DNA of 64,000 bases, from assembly GCA_963814585.1 (NCBI GenBank), contig CAWFDF010000003.1, positions 448,001 through 512,000 on the forward strand, in the 5' to 3' direction. Below are positions 44,932 through 55,804 of this stretch, piece by piece. The DNA comes from an uncultured delta proteobacterium (GTDB lineage Bacteria > Myxococcota > Myxococcia > Myxococcales > Anaeromyxobacteraceae). The translations under genes and the position numbers were made by a program. The notes beneath the pieces are model-generated. The model was not told where the DNA came from. It made no database searches and saw nothing but the letters and a program-made list of their open reading frames with translations. Each line of letters begins with the position of its first letter. Position 1 is the first letter of the stretch.

Positions 44932-45506
44932 ATGAACACGCCTGAACGCCTCGCCCTCGCCCTGGCGGCCTCGCTCGCGCTCGCCTCGCAGGGCCGGGCC
45001 GACGACAAGGCGGCCGGCGGCGCCGACCCCATGGCGGGCTGGGTGCCACCGGTCGTCAAGAACGAGAAGAAGGACCGCCAGGAGATCGAGGCGCTCCTGA
45101 AGTCGATGGACGCCGCCTCCACGAAGGGCGACATCGAGGCGGCCGCGGCGCTCATCGACTTCCCGGTCCTCATGGTGACGGACAACGCCAAGGGCGAGGG
45201 CGGTGGGGAGGCCTGGGTCCGGGAGCAGTGGCTGCAGGTGATGAGGCCCTTCTACGCGAAGCCCATGCCGCCGGGGTCCCAGACCCAGGGGAAGCGGACC
45301 ATCGTGCTCGTCACCGACTCGCTCGCCCTGGTGGGCGCCGGGTGGACGATGAAGATGGGCCCAAGAAGGTCAGCGGGACCAGCGGCCTGCTCCTGGTCCG
45401 CAAGGGCGGCGAGTGGAAGGCGAAGGCGATGGTCGAGGGAGGCTGGGGCGACATGCCGATGCCCGGGACGGCCCAGGCCGGGACCTCCCCGGGGGCGGCG
45501 AAGTAG
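44932..45506 (+). CDS. Secreted NTF2-like protein, split by a 1-bp deletion at about 45360
   Basis: Signal peptide, then ...WTMKMGP. Adding one C continues as KKVSGTSGLLLVRKGGEWKAKAMVEGGWG (ORF 45228..45506). Confidence 0.7.
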
Positions 45507-45624
45507 AGGCCCCCAGTCTCACGGTGAACACCAGGCGCTCCGCCCCTGGCGGTGGGCTGGTCCTCGGACCCGCCGGCGCCGCGGCGGAAGTGGCTCGACC
45601 GGGCCGTCGAGGCCACGGCACCGG

Positions 45625-46326
45625 TCAGGCCAGGTCGAAGACCAGCAGCTCGGCCTCGCCGGATGGCGCGGCGATGGCCACCTCCAGCTCCTCCGAGAGG
45701 GCGATGCCGTCGCCGGCCTTCACCGCGATCCCGTTGACGCTGGCCTGGCCGCGCGCCACCTGCACCCAGGCGTGCCGGCCGGGCGCCAGCGCGTGGCGCA
45801 CCGCCTGGCCGCCCTCCAGGATGGTGACGAGGACCCGGGCGTCCTGGTGGATGGCGAGGGAGCCGCCGGCGCCGTCGGGCGTGGCGACGGGGCGCAGGCG
45901 CCCGTGCAGCTCGCCGAGCGGGATGGGGCGCTGGTCGTAGGCCGGCCGGTGGCCGGCGCGATCCGGCAGGATCCAGATCTGGAGGAAGTGGACCGGCTCG
46001 ACGTCCGAGCCGTTGTCCTCGCTGTGAGTGACGCCGGTGCCGGCGCTCATGCGCTGCACGTCGCCGTGACGGAGCTCCCCGGCGGCGCCGGTCGAGTCGC
46101 GGTGGGCCAGGGTCCCATCCAGCACCCAGGTGATGATCTCCATGTCGCGGTGCGGATGGGTGCCGAACCCCTCGCCGGGCGCGACCCGGTCCTCGTTGAT
46201 GACGCGCAGGGCGCGGAAGCCCATGTGCGCCTGGTCGTGGTAGCCGGCGAATGAGAAGGTGTGGAAGGTGTCGAGCCAGCCGTGGTCGAAGTGACCCCGG
46301 TCGGCGGCGCGGCGAAGGGTGATCAC
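45625..46326 (-). CDS. Pirin family protein (YhhW-like)
   Basis: HGWLDTFHTFSF, GFGTHPHRDMEI, MSAGTGVTHSE and LQIWI. Confidence 0.93.
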   Translation of the reverse strand: MITLRRAADRGHFDHGWLDTFHTFSFAGYHDQAHMGFRALRVINEDRVAPGEGFGTHPHRDMEIITWVLDGTLAHRDSTGAAGELRHGDVQRMSAGTGVTHSEDNGSDVEPVHFLQIWILPDRAGHRPAYDQRPIPLGELHGRLRPVATPDGAGGSLAIHQDARVLVTILEGGQAVRHALAPGRHAWVQVARGQASVNGIAVKAGDGIALSEELEVAIAAPSGEAELLVFDLA

Positions 46327-46419
46327 ATGGCCTCCGAAGGACGTCTGGCCCAGGACCTAGCGGGCGCGCCCGGCCCGCGAAACGCCATCCATGTGGCCCC
46401 CCGACTGGCCAGGGACTTG

Positions 46420-46701
46420 CTACAGGAACTCGCAGAGGTAGGCGGCCGGGGCCGACGCCTTCACGTCGAACCCGCTCTGCCCGTGGACCTCGAAGGTGGT
46501 GCCGGCGGGGAAGGGCCGGAAGGCGGTCTCGCCGGGCAGCAGCGCCAGCAGCTCCCCGGAGAGCACCGTCATCCGCTCGGGCGCGCCGGTGCCGAAGTGG
46601 AACTCGCCGGCCGCCACCACGCCCACGGTGGCCTTCCGTCCGTTCCGCTCGAAGGCGATGCTCTGGACCTTCCCCTCGAAGTAGCTGTTGTGCTTCAGCA
46701 C
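46420..46701 (-). CDS. ppnP: Pyrimidine/purine nucleoside phosphorylase
   Basis: MLKHNSYFEGKVQSI...TVGV...GEFHFGT...ERMTV...YLCEF, 93 aa. Confidence 0.88.
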   Translation of the reverse strand: MLKHNSYFEGKVQSIAFERNGRKATVGVVAAGEFHFGTGAPERMTVLSGELLALLPGETAFRPFPAGTTFEVHGQSGFDVKASAPAAYLCEFL

Positions 46702-46714
46702 GTGGGCGCTCCTT

Positions 46715-47533
46715 TCACCTGGTCTCGGCCGCCGTGAAGCCCAGGGCCCGCTCGAGCTGGCGCGCCTTGGCCTGGATGATCCGGGTGTTTCGCGGCCCCA
46801 TCCGCAGCAGGTGCTTCTCGACCGGACCGAGCCGCTCCAGCTCGGGGGCCGCGTAGAGGTAGAGGGCGCCGGGGCCGGTTCCCCCGGCCTCGACCACGAC
46901 CTCGCCGTCGCGAACCGGGGCGGCCGCCAGCCGCCGGAGCGCCGCGGCGGTGACCTTGTCGAGGGAGCCTTCGGGGTAGCCGAGGGCCCGGTAGGCCGCC
47001 TCGAGCACGCCGTGCAGCTCCCGGTAGGCCCGCACCGCCGAGGCCACGTCGACCGAGCCGATCACGTCGGCGAACGGGTCGAAGCGTGCATAGGAGGCCG
47101 ACGCGATCACCTGCCGATCGCCTCGCCGCGAGGCCTGGAACGGGGCGCCGGGCGCCAGGAACGGCAGCCGCCTCCGCGGCGAGACGCCCTCGGCCAGGTT
47201 GTCGATCACCACCACGCAGCGCTCGATGACATCGCCCTGGGCCAGCCACGACCTGAAGACGGCGCTGACCGAGACCGCCTCGAGCAGGTCGCGCTGCCGA
47301 TCGGCGGCCACCGGAGCGACCGCCACCGCCGGGGCGGGAGTGGCCGGAGCGACCGGGGCCGGAATGGCCACCGGCGTCGGCGCCGGGGGCTCCGAGCCGC
47401 GGTGGAACCACCACCAGGCGGCTGCGCCGCCCACCACGGCCAGGGCGACCGCCACCATCAGCCAGTCGCTCCCACCGAGGCGCGGGCGCCTCGGTGGGAC
47501 GCCGCCTCCCTTCTCCAGCTCGTGATCGTCCAT
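46715..47533 (-). CDS. DUF3014 family membrane-anchored protein
   Basis: TM helix, DNLAEG, SYARFD, AYRALGYP and LGPVEKHLLRMGPRN. Confidence 0.8.
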   Translation of the reverse strand: MDDHELEKGGGVPPRRPRLGGSDWLMVAVALAVVGGAAAWWWFHRGSEPPAPTPVAIPAPVAPATPAPAVAVAPVAADRQRDLLEAVSVSAVFRSWLAQGDVIERCVVVIDNLAEGVSPRRRLPFLAPGAPFQASRRGDRQVIASASYARFDPFADVIGSVDVASAVRAYRELHGVLEAAYRALGYPEGSLDKVTAAALRRLAAAPVRDGEVVVEAGGTGPGALYLYAAPELERLGPVEKHLLRMGPRNTRIIQAKARQLERALGFTAAETR

Positions 47534-47726
47534 TCGCGCCCTCCCTCCCCGGCCTGCCAGGAGCTGATTCTCCTCCGCGCCGCGCCCGGTGTCAGCAAGC
47601 GTCGCGCCCCACCTCGCCATGCTGGTGAACTCCCGACCCCCACCGATCTCTCCTGCGCCCGAAGGGGCCAGGACGGGAGGGGCCCGCGGTTGGTCCGGCG
47701 CCATGCCGGCCCTATACTGTCCGCAC

Positions 47727-48317
47727 GTGGAGAGCCGCTTCCCAGAGATCCAGGCGCGTCACACCCGCGCCGCGTTGGAGGCGCTCGGCGAGCTCTTCCC
47801 CGCCGCCGCACCGCAAGTACGCGAGCGGCTCTCGCCGCTGGTGCGGCAGGCGCTCGACGCCGCCTTCCGCCTCGACTACCTGCCGGTGTTGGTCGATCTC
47901 GAGGTGACGGCGGCGATCCGCGACGAGGTGGGCCCGGAGGGCGTCCGGCGGGTGGCCCGTGAGGGGCTGCGGCGCACCCTCAACGGCGCCATCCTGGGCG
48001 GGCTGGTCCGCTCGGCGATGGTGCTCTTCGGCCGGACGCCGGACGGCCTGGTCAAGTGGGCGGGGCGCGGCTACGGCATGATCTGCCGGGACTGCGGCGA
48101 CCTGCGGGTCGAGTCGTCCGGGCCGCAGGACGCGGAGCTGCGCCTGGAGCGGCTCCCGCCGGAGCTGAACATGCCCTCCTACCTGGACGCCATGGCCGGG
48201 GCGATGGAGGCGTTCTTCGACCTCTGCGAGGTCGCCGGCGAGGTCCGCTACGAACCCTGGCCCGGTGGGGCGCGCTTCATCATGAGCTGGACCCCGCGTC
48301 GCGCCGGACTAGACTGA
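47727..48317 (+). CDS. Hypothetical myxobacterial protein (DUF2378/V4R-like fold)
   Basis: GC3-rich ORF ending ARFIMSW. GTG start lies 8 nt after TATACT. The family call is tentative. Confidence 0.55.
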   Translation: MESRFPEIQARHTRAALEALGELFPAAAPQVRERLSPLVRQALDAAFRLDYLPVLVDLEVTAAIRDEVGPEGVRRVAREGLRRTLNGAILGGLVRSAMVLFGRTPDGLVKWAGRGYGMICRDCGDLRVESSGPQDAELRLERLPPELNMPSYLDAMAGAMEAFFDLCEVAGEVRYEPWPGGARFIMSWTPRRAGLD

Positions 48318-48342
48318 CTCCAGGGGAGGGGGGGAAGGGACC

Positions 48343-49122
48343 ATGCGGTTGATCAACCGGCTGGTGCGCGAGGCGCGTCGCTCGGTCGCCGAGCTGGCGG
48401 ACTCCACGCTCCTCAACCGCGTCTCGCGCCGCACCGACCTCGACGGCCACGCCCGCCCGGTCCTCCTGCTCCACGGCTTCTTCTCCACGCGGCGCACCCT
48501 GGACGTGCTCGAGGCGAGGCTGCGGCGCGACGGCTACGGCGTCTTCTCCCTCAACCTCGGCGGCCTGAGGCGCGTCTACAACACGCGCGGCATCGACGAT
48601 CTCGCCGACTACGTGCGGGCCAAGGTGGAGCGGATCTACGCCCGCCACCCCAACCTGGGGCCGCTCACCATCATCGGGCACTCCAAGGGTGGCCTGGTGG
48701 CCACCTACTACGTGAAGAAGCTGGGCGGCTGGCGCCGCGCTCGCGCCGTGGTGATGCTGGGCACGCCCTTCCACGGCACCCCCGTGGCCTGGCTGGGCCT
48801 GCCGGCGGCGCTCCTGGCGCCGTCGCTGCTGCAGCTGTTGCCGGGCTCCAGCTTCCTGCGCCGCCTGCACGAGGGGCGATGGCCGCCGCAGGTGCGGCTC
48901 ACCTCGATCTGGTCGCGCAGCGACAAGCTGGCCGTCTGGCCCTCGGCGGTGCTCGACACCCGCGACCAGCCGCGGTGGCGCAACATCGAGGTCAACTGCC
49001 TCCACTTCGAGTTCCTGACGCGCCAGCGCGCCTACTCGGCGCTGCGGCGCGAGCTGCGCTCGCTCGACGGCCCGGCCCAGCGGCCACCGCTCGACGTCGT
49101 GGCCGGCGGTCGGACCGGCTAG
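48343..49122 (+). CDS. Alpha/beta hydrolase (lipase/esterase)
   Basis: PVLLLHGF, nucleophile elbow IGHSKGG and LGTPFHGT. Confidence 0.85.
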   Translation: MRLINRLVREARRSVAELADSTLLNRVSRRTDLDGHARPVLLLHGFFSTRRTLDVLEARLRRDGYGVFSLNLGGLRRVYNTRGIDDLADYVRAKVERIYARHPNLGPLTIIGHSKGGLVATYYVKKLGGWRRARAVVMLGTPFHGTPVAWLGLPAALLAPSLLQLLPGSSFLRRLHEGRWPPQVRLTSIWSRSDKLAVWPSAVLDTRDQPRWRNIEVNCLHFEFLTRQRAYSALRRELRSLDGPAQRPPLDVVAGGRTG

Positions 49123-49131
49123 AGTCCTCCG

Positions 49132-49581
49132 GTGCGGGACAAGCGCCACGACTGGCTCTACGAGCGCCAGAAGAAGCCCGTCAAGCAGTACCTGCTCGAG
49201 CGCTTCGCCGACGAGCTGGCCGGCGAGGTGGCCGCCTGGCCGCCGTCCGACCTGGAGTGGGAGTCCGAGGCCCTGCGGCGACGCTGGCAGGCCGGGGCCG
49301 AGCGGCGCCCCGGCGAGCTGGTGATCCGCTACGCGCTGGCCGTGGCCCGCCTCGACCTGAGGCGCGAGTGGGAGGAGATCGACCGACGCCTGCAGGGCGA
49401 GGCCGACGCCTGGTGGCGGACCCCCGAGGAGCGGAGCGCCGGCCAGCTGCTGGTGAGGCTCCTCACCGAGCGCTGCCTCTGGCTGAAGGAGCGGGCCAGC
49501 GGCGCGCGGCTCACCCGCGACGACCTGTGCGCCGCGCTCGACCTGGTCGAGCGGAGGCTCTACCAGGTGACGCCGGGGTGA
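49132..49581 (+). CDS. Hypothetical protein
   Basis: 149-aa helical ORF with typical codon usage. TAGAGT lies 6 nt before the GTG start. Confidence 0.65.
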   Translation: MRDKRHDWLYERQKKPVKQYLLERFADELAGEVAAWPPSDLEWESEALRRRWQAGAERRPGELVIRYALAVARLDLRREWEEIDRRLQGEADAWWRTPEERSAGQLLVRLLTERCLWLKERASGARLTRDDLCAALDLVERRLYQVTPG

Positions 49582-49763
49582 CGAGGCCCGAGCCGCCGAG
49601 CGCCGGGCGCCGCAGGCCCGGACGCGAGCTTCGCAGCCCCTGCACGCCCGCCTGAGCGGAATCGCCGCTGGCGAGAAGGCGCGCCGAAGGCGCGACGAGC
49701 GCTCCGGCCGGCGGCGTCCCGGCGCGTGGCGGCGCCCCGGCGAGGTGACTGGCCTCGCGGCTT

Positions 49764-49795
49764 GCGTCGGCGCCACCAGGAGCCGGCGCCGACGC
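49764..49795. terminator. Strong hairpin between convergent genes
   Basis: GCGTCGGCGCC-N10-GGCGCCGACGC, an 11-bp perfect stem next to the ABC-2 permease stop. No U-tract. Confidence 0.5.
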
Positions 49796-49797
49796 GA

Positions 49798-50586
49798 TCA
49801 ACTCGACGCCGAGGTGTACCGGCGGATGGCGCGCGTCCAGACCAGCCGCGCCGCCACGGCGAAGAGGAGCGAGCCGCCCAGCGCCTGGCCGGCCACCGGC
49901 GCGCCCAGCTTGCCGAGCAGCGCCAGGGCCGGGTAGCTGGTGAGCAGCGCCAGCGGGACCACGAAGGTGAAGAGGAACCGCAGGAAGCCGCGGAAGACGT
50001 CGACCGGCCAGCGCGCGGCGTCGTAGATGGAGGAGAAGAGGTAGGAGAGGTTGTCGATCTTGACCAGGTAGAAGGCGGCCGAGATCACCAGGATCCAGAG
50101 CGAGTAGAGCACCAGCGTGGCGCAGGCCAGCAGCGCCAGCGCCGCCGCCACCGCGCCCGGCGCCGGCCAGCGCCCCATCCGGTGGAAGGCCGTGGCGAAG
50201 ATGGCCAGCCCGGCGAGCACGTCGACGATCCGCCACGGCAGGAAGCGCGCCGTGCTGACCAGGAACTGGGCGTCGGCGGGCTTGAGCAGCACGAAGTCGA
50301 GCGTCCCCTTGCGGATGTGCTCGACCACGCTGGCCAGCGAGGGGTTCACGGCCCCCTCCAGCACCCCCTTCATCAGCGTGAACCAGCCCATCACCACCAG
50401 CGCCTCCTCGAAGCTCCAGCCGGCCACGCCCGGCCGGTCGCCGAAGACCACCAGCAGCGGCACCAGGGACGAGCCGGTCCAGAGCAGCGCCAGCGCCCCC
50501 TGCAGCGCGAACTCCAGCCGGTACTGGAGCGCCAGCATGGTGGAGGCGCGGAGCTGCACGGCCAGCAGGCGGAGGTAGCGCGCCAC
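49798..50586 (-). CDS. ABC-2 family (DUF990-like) permease
   Basis: GWSFEE, IRKGTLDFVLLKP, ARWPVDVF, FVVPLA...YPA and YTSASS end. Confidence 0.85.
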   Translation of the reverse strand: MARYLRLLAVQLRASTMLALQYRLEFALQGALALLWTGSSLVPLLVVFGDRPGVAGWSFEEALVVMGWFTLMKGVLEGAVNPSLASVVEHIRKGTLDFVLLKPADAQFLVSTARFLPWRIVDVLAGLAIFATAFHRMGRWPAPGAVAAALALLACATLVLYSLWILVISAAFYLVKIDNLSYLFSSIYDAARWPVDVFRGFLRFLFTFVVPLALLTSYPALALLGKLGAPVAGQALGGSLLFAVAARLVWTRAIRRYTSASS

Positions 50587-50588
50587 GG

Positions 50589-51398
50589 TCAGCCTCCGAA
50601 GGCGGCGAAGCGGCGCAGGCCGGAGCGCCACGCGGCGCGCGCCACCAGCAGGAGCCCGGCGATCCAGCCCCACTGGATGGCCAGCTCGGCCAGCGCCTCC
50701 TGGCGCGTCAGCATCCCGGTCACCAGCTCCACCGGGTAGCCGAGCATGGAGCGGAAGGGGAGCCAGCGAGCCATCAGCGAGACCCACGGCGGGAAGAGCT
50801 CGAGCGGCACCAGGTAGCCGGAGAGCAGCATGTAGAGCGCCATCCAGATCTCGAAGAGGCTGGTGGCCGAGTCGGCCCGGAAGGCCAGCGTGCCGACCAC
50901 CGCCATGGCCAGGAAGGTGATGAGCCAGGCCCCCAGCACCGCCACCGGGAAGAGGAGCAGCCGCAGCGGATCGTGGGTGACCTTCTCCCCGGCGGTGAGC
51001 CAGAGCCCCACCAGCGCCACCGGCAGCGAGAGGGCCAGGCGCAGCGGCATGGCCGAGATGTTCTCGGCGGCGTAGGCCACCAGCGGATGGAGGGGCCGCA
51101 GGAGCCGGTAGGCCAGCGTCCCCTGGCGGATCTCGAAGGTCAGCTCCCAGACCACCCAGGCGCCGGTGAGCAGCCGCACCACCAGCGCCGCCAGGTAGTA
51201 GGCGACGAAGTCCTGCTGCCCGAAGCGCCCCACCGGCGCCTCGCGCGCCACCGCGCTCCAGAGCGCCAGCATCACCAGCGGCATGTTGGTGGCCAGCAGC
51301 CAGACCAGCAGCTCGGCCCGGTAGGCCACCGCCTCGGCCAGGCCGATGCGGAGCAGCGTCGGGAAGGCGCGCAGCGTCCGGCCCGCCCGCAGCATCAT
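50589..51398 (-). CDS. ABC-2 family permease
   Basis: AYRAE, EIRQGTLAYRLLRP, LSGYLVPLELFPPW and FAAFGG end. Start MMLRAG at 51398. Confidence 0.85.
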   Translation of the reverse strand: MMLRAGRTLRAFPTLLRIGLAEAVAYRAELLVWLLATNMPLVMLALWSAVAREAPVGRFGQQDFVAYYLAALVVRLLTGAWVVWELTFEIRQGTLAYRLLRPLHPLVAYAAENISAMPLRLALSLPVALVGLWLTAGEKVTHDPLRLLLFPVAVLGAWLITFLAMAVVGTLAFRADSATSLFEIWMALYMLLSGYLVPLELFPPWVSLMARWLPFRSMLGYPVELVTGMLTRQEALAELAIQWGWIAGLLLVARAAWRSGLRRFAAFGG

Positions 51399-51463
51399 CG
51401 CCTCCCGCCGGCCAGGCCGGCGATCGTCCCGCGCGTGCCGAGCCGGAGTCCCACGCGCCGACT

Positions 51464-53419
51464 CTATCCCCGCTCCAGCCAGGCCCGGTAGGCGTCGAAG
51501 CGGGTGGGGCGGCCCAGGAAGGCCTCGACCAGCGCGGCGGCGGGCCTGGAGCCCCCGGGCTCCAGCACCGTGGCCCGGTAGCGCCGCGCCGTGGCCCCGT
51601 CCAGCAGCCCGGCCTCGCGGAACGGCGTGAGCAGGTCCTTGGCGATGACCAGCGACCACATGTACGTGTAGTAGATGGCCGAGTAGCCCTCGAGGTGGCC
51701 GAAGGCGAGGTGGAAGGCGGTCCCGGCCACGGGCCGGAAGGGCGTGTAGCGGGCCATGAGCTGGTCGCAGAGGGCGCCGGCGTCGAGCCCGCGCGGATCC
51801 CGCCGGTGCAGCTCGAGGCTGACCGCCGCGTAGAACATCTGCTGCGCGCACCATCAGCCCCTTGCCGTACTCGTCGGCGGCGCGCATGCGCGCCACCAGC
51901 GCGTCGGGGATGGGCTCGCCGGTCTCGACGTGGCGGGCGAAGCGGCCCAGCACGCCGGCGTCCCAGGTCCACTCCTCCAGCAGCTGGCTGGGCGCCTCGA
52001 CGAAGTCCCACTCGGTGGCGACGCCGGAGTGGGCCGCGTAGCGGGTGCGGCCGCCGAGCAGGTGGTGGAGCAGGTGGCCGAACTCGTGGAAGAGGGTCTC
52101 CACCTCGCCGTGCTCCAGCAGCGCCGGCGCGCCCGGCCTCGGCTCGGGGAAGTTGCAGACCAGCACCCCCTCCGGCCGCCGCACGCCCGCGCGGCCGGTG
52201 GCCAGCGTGAACTGGGCGACGTGCTTGTACTTGCCCTCGCGTGGGTGCATGTCGAGGTGGATGCGGCCCAGCACCTCGTCGGCGTCGAGCACGTCGTAGC
52301 TCTCCACCGACGGGTGCCACGCCGGCGTCCCCTCGACGCGCCGCCAGGACAGGCCGAAGAGCGCCCCGGTCACGTCGAGCACGCCGTCGACCACCCGCCG
52401 GTACTCGAACTACGGCCGCACCGACTGGGCCTCGAAGCCGTGCTGCTCGGCCTTGATGCGCTCCTGCAGGAAGGCCGAGTCCCACGGCTCGACCCGCTCG
52501 GCGGCCGGCGCCTCCCGCCGCTTGCGCTCGAGCAGCTGGGCGTACTCCTGCTCCATGCGCGCGCCGGAGAGCGCCGCGATCTCCTCGATGAACCCGGCCG
52601 CCGCCGTGTCGCTGCCGATCATCTTGTCGGCGGTGGCGAAGGCGGCCCAGCTCTCCTAGCCGAGCAGGCGGGCCAGCTCGGCGCGCCTCGCCAGCAGGGC
52701 CGCCAGCACCTCGACGTTGGCCGGGAGGGCGCGCTGGCGGGAGAGCTTCCAGAGGGCGGCCCGGGCCTCCTCGCTCCGGGCGTAGGTCATGACCGGGAGG
52801 TAGTCGGTGGGGTCGGTGGTCACCTCGACCAGGCCGTCGGCGCCGGGCGGGTGGGCGAGGCGCCAGTCCGCCGGCAGCCCGTCGAGCGCCTCCGGCGCGA
52901 GCCGGAGGCGCGCCGGTCGTCCTTGATGTTCCGGCCGAAGGCCTGCCCGATCCGGACCAGCTCCTCCTGGAGGGCCTGGATGGTGGCGCGGGTGGCCTCG
53001 TCGCGGTCCACGCCGGCCCGGCGGAAGTCGCGCAGGCTCTTCTCGAGGAGGTGGCGGCTCTCCTCGTCGGCGCCCGCCCCGTCGAGCGAGGCCAGCACCT
53101 CGTAGAGCGCCCGGTCCAGCGAGAGCTCGGTCACCAGGGCGGCCACCTCCTGCTCGGCCTGCTCGGCCGCCTGCCGCACCGCCTCGTCGGGGTGGACCGA
53201 GCGGGCCAGGGAGGCACGCGCACCGGCCTCGGCCAGCGGGGAGAAGGCGGCGTCGAAGGCGGCCAGCGTCGGCTCGAGCGGCCGGGGTCCGGGGCCCGGG
53301 GCGCGGAGAGCGGCGACGGCGGCGCGGGACCGCTCGACGTCGGCCCGGCAGCAGGCCAGCAGGGCCTCGGCGCCGAGGGTGAGGGCGCGGGCGGCGTCGG
53401 GGGGCGGGAGCGAGGGCAT
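51464..53419 (-). pseudogene. M3 family (thimet-like) oligopeptidase, interrupted by two frameshifts and two in-frame TAG codons
   Basis: HLDMHPREGKYKH, TLFHEFGHLLH, WDFVEAPSQLLEEW and FGHLEGYSAIYYTYMWS. Frameshifts at about 52910 and 51845; TAG at 52656-52658 and 52410-52412. Confidence 0.8.
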
Positions 53420-53652
53420 CCCGGTGTTCTGACCGTGGTTCCCCCGAGGGTCAAGCCTGGCGCGCCCGCGCCGGCGCCGGCGGGCCTGGCCAGGAGCAGC
53501 CCGGCCCACGGCGCCGGGTCCCGTGGGCCGGGTGGCCGGGCTCGCGCCCGAGGGTCCTCACGGCCCGGGGCGTGGTGGCCACATGCACCGACGGCCCTTC
53601 ACCGACGCCGTGACACCGGCGAGCCCGGTCGCCGTCCGGGCCGGCCGATGGA

Positions 53653-55751
53653 TCAGGGGTGACAGCCCAGGCAGGAGCTGACGAAGGTAGGCGTCACGTC
53701 GACGACTCCGTTCACATGGCGCGACGGGTCGGTGATGACCGTGGCCCACAGGTCGACCCCGGGGTGGCAGGTGCTGCAGGCGTTCCGGAGCGGCCTGGTG
53801 GAGAAGCCGCCGTGGTAGCCGCTGTGCCAGTTGCCCCAGAGCGGGGGCATGCCATGACACGACGTGCAGGTCATGGGCCCGTCGGTCCAGCGTGGCGCCG
53901 CCCCGCTGCCGGCGTACTCCACCCAGCCTGGCAGCTCCTCGACGGGGTCGAAGTAGGCATAGGTCCCGGAGTAGCCGCCGTGGCAGTAGGTGGTGGCGCA
54001 CGTGGCGGTGCCGCGGTCCCAGGTCGGAGTGGCCCCGCTCGTCGCGGAGATGCCGCCGAAGGTGACCGTGGCGTGGGCCCCGTCGACGTGCCCCGCCGAG
54101 AGCCAGCTGGTCGGCTTCACGTGGCAGGCCGTGCAGTCGATGGGCCTCGCCCGGGCGCTCCCGTTGACGTGGATGGCGTGGGCGCCGACCCGCACCGGAT
54201 CGGCCTGGTTGCCCCAGGTGGCCCGCGGCGGCGCCCCGGTCTGGTCGGCCGTGCCGCCGTGGCAGCCGGTGCAGGTGGCGAGGTCGCTGGCCGGGCCGCC
54301 GGCCTGGTGGCACGAGGCGCAGGCGGTGGAGGCGCTCCCTCCACGCCGTCGAGGTTGACGCCGTGGCAGCCCTGGCAGGAGGCGAGGCCGAGGTTGGCCG
54401 AGGAGGCGTGGAAGGCCGGGCTGGTCGGATCCATCCAGGACGCGGCGTGACCGCCGCTGGCCTCCACGACGCCGTCGAGGTGCTTGCCGCCGGCGCCGGG
54501 CGCGATGAGGGCGCCGGCCGAGGTCATCGTGAGCGGGTGGCAGGAGGCACAGGCCGCCAGGTCGGCCGCCGCCGGGTGGGGCGCCGGGGGCGGGACGCCG
54601 TGGCAGGACCCGCAGGCCGCCTGGGCGGCCCCGCCGGTCCACGTCGGGCTGGTGGTGGTGCCGCCGGCAGCCAGGGTCGCGCCGTGGCAGTAGACGTTGC
54701 TGCACCGGGCATCGGTCCGGCTCCAGGCCGGGCTGGCGCCGCCGGCCGCGGCCGCGCCGCTGAAGGTCACCTCCGCCGTGGGCGTCCCGGTGCTCGCCTC
54801 GACGTGGGCGGCCGAGAGCGCGTCGGTGGGGACGACGTGGCAGGTGCCGCAGGAGATGGCCGGCGAGATGGCGCTGGCCCCGAGGTGCGTGGCGTGGGCG
54901 CCGACCCTCACCGGGTCGGCCGGGCCGCCGCCGCGGGTCGGGTCGCCCGCCTGGCCCCAGAGGGCGGCGGGAGGCGCGCCGGTCTGGCTGTCCGTGCCCC
55001 CGTGGCACATGACGCAGCTGGTCTTCCAGCTGGTGACGCCGGCGGGCAGGGAGGCGTCGTGGCACCGGCCGCAGGCGACGCCGGTGGCGCCGCCAGCCAG
55101 GTCCTGGCCGTGGCACTGCTGGCAGCTGGCGAGGCCGCGGTTGGCCGAGAAGGCGTGGAAGCCGGCGCTGGCCTGGTCCACCCAGCCGGGCGGGTGGCCG
55201 ACCAGGCTGACCGTTCCCTGCAGGTGGCTGCCGCCGGCATGGCAGGCTTCACACTCGGCGCGAGTGGTCGTGGACGTGAAGGTGCCGGGGTGCGTCGGCG
55301 GGAAGGCCGTTGGCGCGTGGCAGGCGGTGCAGGCGAGAGGTCCCGGCGCGGCCCAGGAGACGGCCTGGACCGGGCTGCCGAGGGGGCTGTGGCAGCCCAC
55401 CGCGCAGGTGGTCGGCGTGGTGGCCGTGCCCCGCGTCAGCGTCCCGCCCTCGGTCGTCGTCCCGCCCGGGAAGGTGGTCACCACGTCGAAGCCGAACTGG
55501 CCCCCGCAGGGGTGGCAGGTGATGCAGGTGAACTGGTTGATGTGCTTCTCGTGCGTGGTCGCGCCGCCGCAGGTCGGGCCCGCCGCCATGGCGGCCTGGG
55601 GGCCGACGCTGCGCGGAGCGACGCTGGCGATGCCGGCCGGCCTGGCCGGCTCGCTGGGGGGAGCGCCGCAGGCTGCGAGGAGGAGCGCGCCCAGGGCGGC
55701 GCCGAGGCGCGCGGCGGCGAGGCGGGCAACTGAGCTGGTGTGCGAACCCAT
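53653..55751 (-). CDS. Multiheme c-type cytochrome lipoprotein (CxxCH/CxxxxCH family), about 19 heme motifs, 1-bp deletion at about 54342
   Basis: Lipobox LLLAAC. Counted 16 CxxCH, 2 CX4CH and 1 CX3CH across ORFs 54117..57128 and 53653..55116. The junction LDGV-GGSASTACASCH matches the paralogue LDGVGGSATTACAQCH. Confidence 0.88.
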
Positions 55752-55804
55752 GACCGGTGTCTCCCGTGTGCGAGGCTGCTGGCTCGGTGCGCAGTTCATG
55801 GCCG

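Noticed and set aside
52410..52658. Genome-wide TAG reassignment or pyrrolysine
   Set aside because: Conserved genes such as trpA, lrgB and the ABC binding protein end normally at TAG, no pyl genes are present, and the affected gene also has frameshifts.
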